64,000 bases of DNA, taken from assembly GCF_009914755.1 (NCBI RefSeq), contig NC_060932.1; one strand, 5' to 3'. The DNA comes from the human T2T-CHM13v2.0 reference genome, Homo sapiens. The translations under genes were made by a program, and so were the position numbers. Every line of letters begins with the position of its first letter. Within the stretch, counting starts at the first letter, position 1. The notes under the pieces were generated by a model. The model ran no database searches and was not told the DNA's origin. It saw only the letters and a program-made list of their open reading frames with translations. Positions 55,085-64,000 of the stretch are shown in pieces.

Positions 55085-55370
55085 TAGTTGCCATTATTGA
55101 GCTATTACCTTTGAGTAAGTCACAGTGTTAGAAGCTTTAAAAGCATAATCAAATTTAATTTTCACAATACTATAAAGAGGAAAATATTATTATCCCTATA
55201 GAATAATATTATAATGATGAGCTCCAATACTAGCATTATTATTACATGATGAAGCAAAGGCATAGAAAGAGCAAGAGCCATCTCAAAACTGCTCAGCCAT
55301 GTGAAGTGGCAAAGCTGGATTCATTCTGCAGGCTCTGGGACTACAGAACCCATGTGGTTAACCACTAACC
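55085..55370 (-). mobile_element. MIR
   Basis: 'atttaattttcacaatactataaagag...tattatccc...aagtggcaaagctggattc'. Confidence 0.6.
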
Positions 55371-56050
55371 AGTTTATAATTGCATTCAATTTTCATTGTT
55401 GTGTCTTCTGTTCAAGATCTCAAAGTCAATTCCTAGAAACTAAGCACCCAGAGCATTCCACTGTGTGATGTTTTGATGGATTGAGATAAACTGATAAGTG
55501 ATAAAATGATATTAATTATAAGAGAGTTGTAATTGTAGCAGAAATTGTCTGAAAATGGCTCTGTAACACTTGTATCTTAGTCCAGGTCCACTGGTTTTTG
55601 TCTGCCTAACCAGTTGTCCTTTCCGTTGTCCACTTGTTTGCCTTGTACACATTTTTTTCTACTCTTGTTCCTTAGAATAGGATTCTGTCCTATTCTGTTA
55701 CCCTGCTTTTTTCCTTTACTTTAAACTTGGAAGGCAATCCTACCCTCAAAAAAGAGAAGAGATCCTAAACCAAACTCTGTTCACCCAAAACAGATGTAAA
55801 GGATACTTTATAACACCTATGTACATGCCATTCCAAAATGAAAAAATATTGACATTTAGTCATCTTTGATTCAGCACATCTTTAGAAAATATTAATAAAA
55901 CACTACAGATATATTCATCAACAATATTTTTGTTTTGTACGTATTTTTAAATTTACATAATTTGTATTATACCACACATAATACTGTGCTGTTTGCTTTT
56001 TTTAATGAGATCTTATGCATTTGAGATCTGAATTGATTAATATCATGTAT

Positions 56051-56225
56051 TCCCAGTAGCTGGGACTATAGGCATGCTTCCACCACGTCAGGCTAATTTT
56101 TGTTTTTGTAGAGACAGGGTCTTGCTACATTGCCCAGGCTGGTCTCAAACTCCTGGCCTCAAGCAAGTCTCCTGCCTTGGCCTCCCAAAGTGCTAGAATT
56201 ACAGATATGAGCCACTGCACCGTGC
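56051..56225 (-). mobile_element. Partial AluJ (left arm plus start of right arm)
   Basis: 'gtagagacagggtcttgctacattgcccaggctggtctcaaactcctggcctcaagc'; no poly-A end. Confidence 0.85.
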
Positions 56226-56320
56226 TCAATATTTTCTCCTAATAGTTTTAGTTATATTTTTCACATTAAGATCTTTTTATACATTTAGACTTCATTTTTG
56301 TTTTATTTGTTTATAGTGTG

Positions 56321-57407
56321 TGTCGCAGATGCTGCTGACATTGTCTACACCTACCTAAGCTCTCCTGCAGCTTAAGAGAATTTCTGCAAGCTGACTATCC
56401 CCTTAAAAGTATTTGCATCTCTCTTCTGTGCATGGGAGGCTTCTCTGACACAAGACAGGTATCAAGATCCTGGACAGGTGTTGGGGGAGTTGATGCCCTG
56501 GGGCAACCTTCAAAAATGAGATCTATAGTGGTTCTAGGCATTTCAGGAGCCACGGCTTAAGGTGCAGACATGGCCAAGTCCAAGAATCACACCACACACA
56601 ATCAGTCTCGAAAATGGCCCAGAAATGGCATCAAGAAACCCTGACCACAAAGATACGAATCTCTTAAGGAGGTGGACCCCAAGTTCCTGAGAATCATGTG
56701 CTTTGCCAAGAAGCACACCAAGAAGGGCCTAAAGAAGATGCAGGCCAACAATGCCAAGGCCATGAGTGCACTTGCCAAGGCTATCAAGGCCCTTGTAAAG
56801 CCCAAGGAGGTTAAGCCCAAGATCCCAAAGAGTGTCAGCTGCAAGTTCGATTGACTTGCCTATATTGCCCACCCCAAGCTTGGGAAGCATGCTTATGCCC
56901 ACATTGCCAAGGGGCTCAGTCTGTGCCAGCCAAAGGCCAAGGATCAAACCAAGGCCCAGGCTGCAGCTCCAGCTACAGTTCCAGCTCAGGCTCCCAAAGG
57001 TGCCCAGGCCCCTATAAAAGCTTCAGAGTAGAGATCTCTGTCTGCCAACGTGAGGACAGAAGGACTGGTGTGACCCCCTTGGGCTGCCGTCTGCATAGGG
57101 CTGGTGTCCTCCTATGCTATTTGTACAAATAAAACTGAGGAGGGAAAAAAAATGGAATCCATAGATAAATGTTAGTTTCCCATCTTCTGGGGGACAATCT
57201 TAAGGAGTATATGCCACATGTTTTCTCCAAATTCACAGTGAGGATTAAGCTCCAATTTTCATTAACAGCAATCTGTTCATTAACACACCTTTTGTTAACT
57301 TTACTCTTCTCACTTTCTCCCGCTTCCTCACTTGAGCCACCAAAGATTGCCTCCAAGTAAACTGCTTGCACCCAAGTCTTCATCTCAGGGTCTGCCAAGC
57401 TAAGACA
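56321..57407 (+). mobile_element. LTR16-family solo LTR interrupted by the RPL29 retrocopy
   Basis: Starts TGTCGCAGATGCTG, ends 'aaactgcttgcacccaagtcttcatctcagggtctgc...ctaagaca'; flanking 5-mers GTGTG / CTGTG. Confidence 0.7.
56529..57147 (+). pseudogene. RPL29: Processed pseudogene of 60S ribosomal protein L29 (CDS remnant 56570-57031)
   Basis: Intronless MAKSKNHTTHNQSRKW...KASE*. In-frame TGA stops at codon 25 (56642) and codon 95 (56852). 3'UTR, AATAAA at 57128-57133 and a short poly-A. Degenerate 17-bp TSD AAAAATGAGATCTATAG / AAAAATGGAATCCATAG. Confidence 0.97.
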
Positions 57408-58749
57408 CTGTGTGAGACTTTCTACTTTTATTTTTGGAAAGCCATTTTTCTCAATGCCATATATGGAGAAAATCCACTCTTTCTGCACAGATTTGAAGAA
57501 GATAATCTCTTATGAGCTTGGTTCCATTTTCCACCTCTCTATTCTACTATTCCATTCATATATTTCCACCAGTACTGCACTGTTTTAATATTCTGCCTTC
57601 AATACATGTTTCTTATCCTGCTATGCGAGTTTTTACCCCACTTTTCCTTAGAGAATATCTTACCTGTTTTAGTCCTTTATGCTTTCCAAATCAATTTTAG
57701 AATCACTTTGTCATGTTCCATAAAAGATTCCAACAGGATTTACACTGGAATTTTATGGAATTTATATATTGATGTTAAGATCATTTGTCCTTATAAAACT
57801 GAATCTTCCTGTACATGACAAATAAACATGCCACATCCCTTCATTTAATGAGAAATTCAATTAAGTCTTTCTGGAATTTTTTTTTAAATTTCTCTATAAA
57901 GACTTTGAACACCTGTTACGAAATGTATTATTGGTTTACAGTATTTATTCTCTATAATCAATGTTATTTTTTGTTCTATTATATTTTCTAAGTAGTTAAT
58001 GCTGCTTCCACTGCTGCATGCTCATCATTAATCCTTGCCATTAATGGCAAGTATTAATTTAGCCTTAGCTCTGTGCCAAGCACTATAGTAATTGTTGAGG
58101 ATACAGTAGTAAGCAAGACAGTTGGTCTTGCTCTCTAGGAGCTTCCAGTCCAATGGGGTAAGATGTCTCTTATTAGTGAGTACTCACAAATGCTCCAAAA
58201 AATGATAGTATACTAGGAAAGAACATGACTTGGAGCAATAAGATTCAGGAAAGGCATCTCTGAGCAGAAACATGAATATGATGAGGAAGAAAGTTACTCA
58301 GTATCTTGAGGGAAAATCCTTCCTAGCAGAGGAAATAGCAAATGTTGAGGCCCTACAACAGACAAATTCTCAGTATACTAATATTTTATCCAAAAATCTC
58401 AATGAACTATCTTAATTATTCTCATTAATTAATTAGAATTTCTATTGCATTTCTACACAATTCTGCTATCTAAAAATAATAAAGGAGTATTACTTCCTTA
58501 CCAATCTCTATAATATTTATTTCTTTTTCTTATTTTATGAGATTGACTGAAAAGTCCAGTACAATGTTAAGGAAAGAGAGATAGTAAATAACTTTAATAA
58601 GAATATGTCTAAATGCTTAAAATATCTTTAGTAAAAAAAACCATTTATAAGGTTAAAGAAGCTCTTTTTCTTATCATCTTACTATTTTTTAAATTGGTAA
58701 TAAGTAGTACATTTTTCTGCAGGACTTTTAATAAAAATTAGCAGTCACC

Positions 58750-60950
<2,201 letters not shown>

Positions 60951-61308
60951 CCTTGAGGATTTTACCCTTCTGATAACTTTGTCATCATTTAAATGGGGTT
61001 TCAAAAAGGAGTTAAATGCATGGAAGCAAGAATAGTTTGTAAACGTCAGGGTAATGCTGAAAAAGTTGCTAACAAATTAATTCCTGCTAGTCAGTTGTAA
61101 AAAATCTGAATATATAATAATATTAAATGTAATTACTGATATTCTTGTTATTGGGGTTATTGTTAGGGTCAGTTGGAACAAACTGAGTCTGTGAAAGGTC
61201 ACAGATCCTTAATGATACTCATACAAGACAGAATATAAAGTGTAAAATGTTAGATGGTTGTAATTCAAATAGGGATATAATAGTATATATTTGATTTTTA
61301 TAGTTTTT

Positions 61309-61605
61309 TTTTTTTTTTTTTTTTGAGACAGAGTCTCACTCTGTTGCCCAGGCTGGAGTACAGTGGCATGATCTCAGCTCAGTGAAAGCTCCGCCTCCCA
61401 GGTTCACGCCATTCTCCTGCCTCAGCCTTCCAAGTAGCTGGGAGTACAGGTGCCCACCACCACACCCAGACAATTTTTTGCATTTTTAGTAGGGACAGGC
61501 TTTCACCACGTCAGCCGGGATGGTCTGGATCTCCTGACCTCATGATCGGCCCGCCTCAGCCTCCCAAAGTGCTGGGATTATAGGCGTGAGCCACCGCACC
61601 CAGCC
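61309..61605 (-). mobile_element. AluY
   Basis: Y-type 'aagctccgcc...cacgccattctc'; TSD GATTTTTATAGTTTTT (61293-61308 and 61606-61621). Confidence 0.95.
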
Positions 61606-63515
61606 GATTTTTATAGTTTTTAATAATGAGAATACGGTTTATATATGGATGTATTTGTTTCTAAATTATGAATATGTAATTGTTCCTTTTGGAAAAAGAA
61701 TAAGGAAACAAACATGGGACTTTGAATAAGCTAAATAGTTGTAGAACAAGTGGGAGAAAAGATAAATAAAAAGACTATAAATATGTAGTTTAAAAAGACT
61801 TCTAGAAACATAAAATTCAAAGATTATAAATCATAGTCAAAACTACACACAGAAGTTGGTATTCTGACATGAAAGAGAGTGGGAGTGGTCTCTAGGTGAG
61901 TACCTCTCATGTATTGCTCCTCTAGTATCAGCCCAGATTACAAGCCCATTGATTCAAGATCTTTCCTTTGCTAAAACGATATAAACCTTATTACACAGAG
62001 TAATATAACACATTATAAACTAAGCATTTAGATTCTTTAAATAATTACAAGTCCTGAATCATAAGAGAAGATAGGCAATTTCCTAGCTAGCGTAACAAAA
62101 AGAAAGCAAAGAGTTTTCTCATGTGCATGGCATATATTACAATGACCACGGAAAACATGTCTAAATTTATATAATGTGAACGTTAATCAGGTAAAAAATT
62201 ATAAGAATCAGAACTTGGTACTCAATTATATCATTCTTTTCCTTTTCAGTGTTTGGAGTTTATTTTGATTTTGATGTAAGTTGGTCTTAATTGAGGAATT
62301 CTCAGTTTTTCTGCTGCTGGTATTTGTGTTTCCTTGCCTGAGGAAATGGATGATAAGGAGTCCAGGGAAGTCATGTTGTGATAATTTGGATAAGTTATCT
62401 TTCCCAAACTGAAGTCTATTCTACTACATTATGAGTCTAAGAGTCATGAAGTTGGGTGTTTCCTGGAAGTTTGAGATTTTGCATGTTCATTTGTCTGTGT
62501 AGCATCCAGTAATAAAGGTCAGGTTTGCAAATATTATGAATTTTCTGGTCCAAGTACTCATCTGATATTTGAATTTTCCCTGCAGCATTTCTACCAAGTG
62601 GCAAACTATCAATCTCTGTAATGATCTTTCCAATTGTCTTGATTTCTTGTTCTTCTATGGAATCTCCCGTTGTTTCTAGTTTTATCCTTTGTTCCATTAC
62701 CCCTGCCTATAATGCTTTTTTTTCCCCACCTTTACAAGACACAATCTTGCTGATTTTTAAAAATCAGATTTTATCTCTTATATAAGTATTCTTTTGTTAT
62801 TAAAAATAATCTTAAAAATTCCTTCTCTAGGAAAAATCAGTTGCCCTCTTCATTATATTATTATAGACATTGTTCCAAGCACCACTATAGAAGTTATCAC
62901 ATTAGACATGGTTAATTGTATAAACATTTATTTCTCTGCTAAATTTTAAGCTACTTTAGATGTCATATCACTGTCACCTTGCACTTCCTAGTACAATATC
63001 TTGAATAAATCATAAGTATAAACAAAATACACTGAAGTTAATTTATTTGAAAATATTCCCAGTTCAGTAGCCATTTTTATGGTGATGGGCTTGTCAGAGA
63101 AGAGTAGCATAAAAGACAAGACAAAACAAGCAGGATTTCATATTCTTGCCATAAAGAGGTCTGCAGAATTTTTTAGATTTCTGTATATAATGATTTGTCC
63201 ATTATGAAAGGAGAAAAATCAAGCTATCCCCAGCTATAGCTAATGCCCTTGAGCAGCCCCAAACCAACATCTCAATCCAATTTAAGGGTTTGCCCAAAGG
63301 AGTAATGAGAACAGCATTTATTCTGAACAGACTATATGATAAGCAGTTGGAGAGTTTTTGAGTTTCTTCTAATATCAGCAGAAGAATTCCAAACTGGTGT
63401 ATGCTGGTAACTACCAAGTCAAGCCAGTGACCAGATCTATGATCATTTGGCAAATGTTGGGTCTTCACAGGTTATGGAAGTGATTTCCTCCAGTGATTAG
63501 TAGTTGTCTATTTCT

Positions 63516-63812
63516 TTTTTTTTTTTTTTGAGACGGAGTCTCGCCTTGTCGCCCAGGCTGGAGTGCAGTGGCGCCATCTCAGCTCACTGCAAGCTCCGCC
63601 TCCTGAGTTCACATCATTCTCCTGCCTCAGCCTCCTGAGTAGCTGGGACTACAGGCGCCCGCCACCACGCCCGGCTAATTTTTTTTGTATTTTTAGTAGA
63701 GACAGGATTTCACTGTGTTAGCCAGGATGGTCTCGATCTCCTGACCTCGTGATCCACCCACCTCGGCCTCCCAAAGTGCTGGGATTACAGGCATGAGCCA
63801 CTGCGCCCAGCC
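63516..63812 (-). mobile_element. AluY
   Basis: Y-type diagnostics; 17-bp TSD AGTAGTTGTCTATTTCT (63499-63515 and 63813-63829). Confidence 0.97.
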
Positions 63813-64000
63813 AGTAGTTGTCTATTTCTAAAGCGGTTTTGTTGTAAAGAAAATAATTAAACTATTATTACTAGAGGTGACACAGATTTTATTGTAGTTA
63901 AGAGTGTAGTTTGGAGTTTAGGGCTAAAGAGACATTACTTAGTTCTTTGATCTGCAGAGATCACACAGAAGGACCTTAGATAAGTAAAATAGCTTATCTT

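Larger units (their letters stand above)
56230..58700 (-). mobile_element. Old L1M ORF2 relic, split by LTR16/RPL29P and an L2-like piece; boundaries approximate
   Basis: Decayed L1 ORF2 antisense blocks continue colinearly on both sides of the LTR ('cacattaagatcttt...ttcatttttg' on the left; 'ccaaatcaattttagaatcactttgtc' on the right). Confidence 0.6.

Noticed and set aside
56570-57031. Functional RPL29 gene
   Set aside because: Intronless, with two premature stops, poly-A and a TSD: a processed pseudogene.

Overview
This is primate, most likely human, nuclear DNA: AT-rich, CpG-depleted and dense in interspersed repeats, so it reads as intronic or intergenic. No intact cellular protein-coding gene is recognisable, and nearly all of the supplied ORF track is either spurious or derived from L1, Alu or low-complexity sequence. 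The main features are a full-length, dead L1PA element (about L1PA4-6, minus strand, 4091-10304, 14-bp target-site duplication (TSD)) and an RPL29 processed pseudogene nested in an LTR16 that is itself inside an old L1M. There are also an MLT2A solo LTR with a perfect TSD, a MADE1 (miR-548-type) hairpin, six near-full-length Alus and many MIR, L2, L3, MLT1 and HAL1 relics. The most interesting observations are: (1) an apparent two-round 3' transduction carried by a tiny stub of a young L1 (52495-52764); (2) an Alu insertion truncated to about 22 nt, with its own TSD, inside the L1; (3) a candidate RBFOX-flanked microexon (37087-37132); (4) a candidate non-coding exon just downstream of the L1 antisense promoter (11476-11676); and (5) a templated inversion scar in L1 ORF2. 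I see no evidence of a wholly new multi-gene system. Repeat subfamily calls come from my recollection of consensus sequences and need RepeatMasker/Dfam confirmation.
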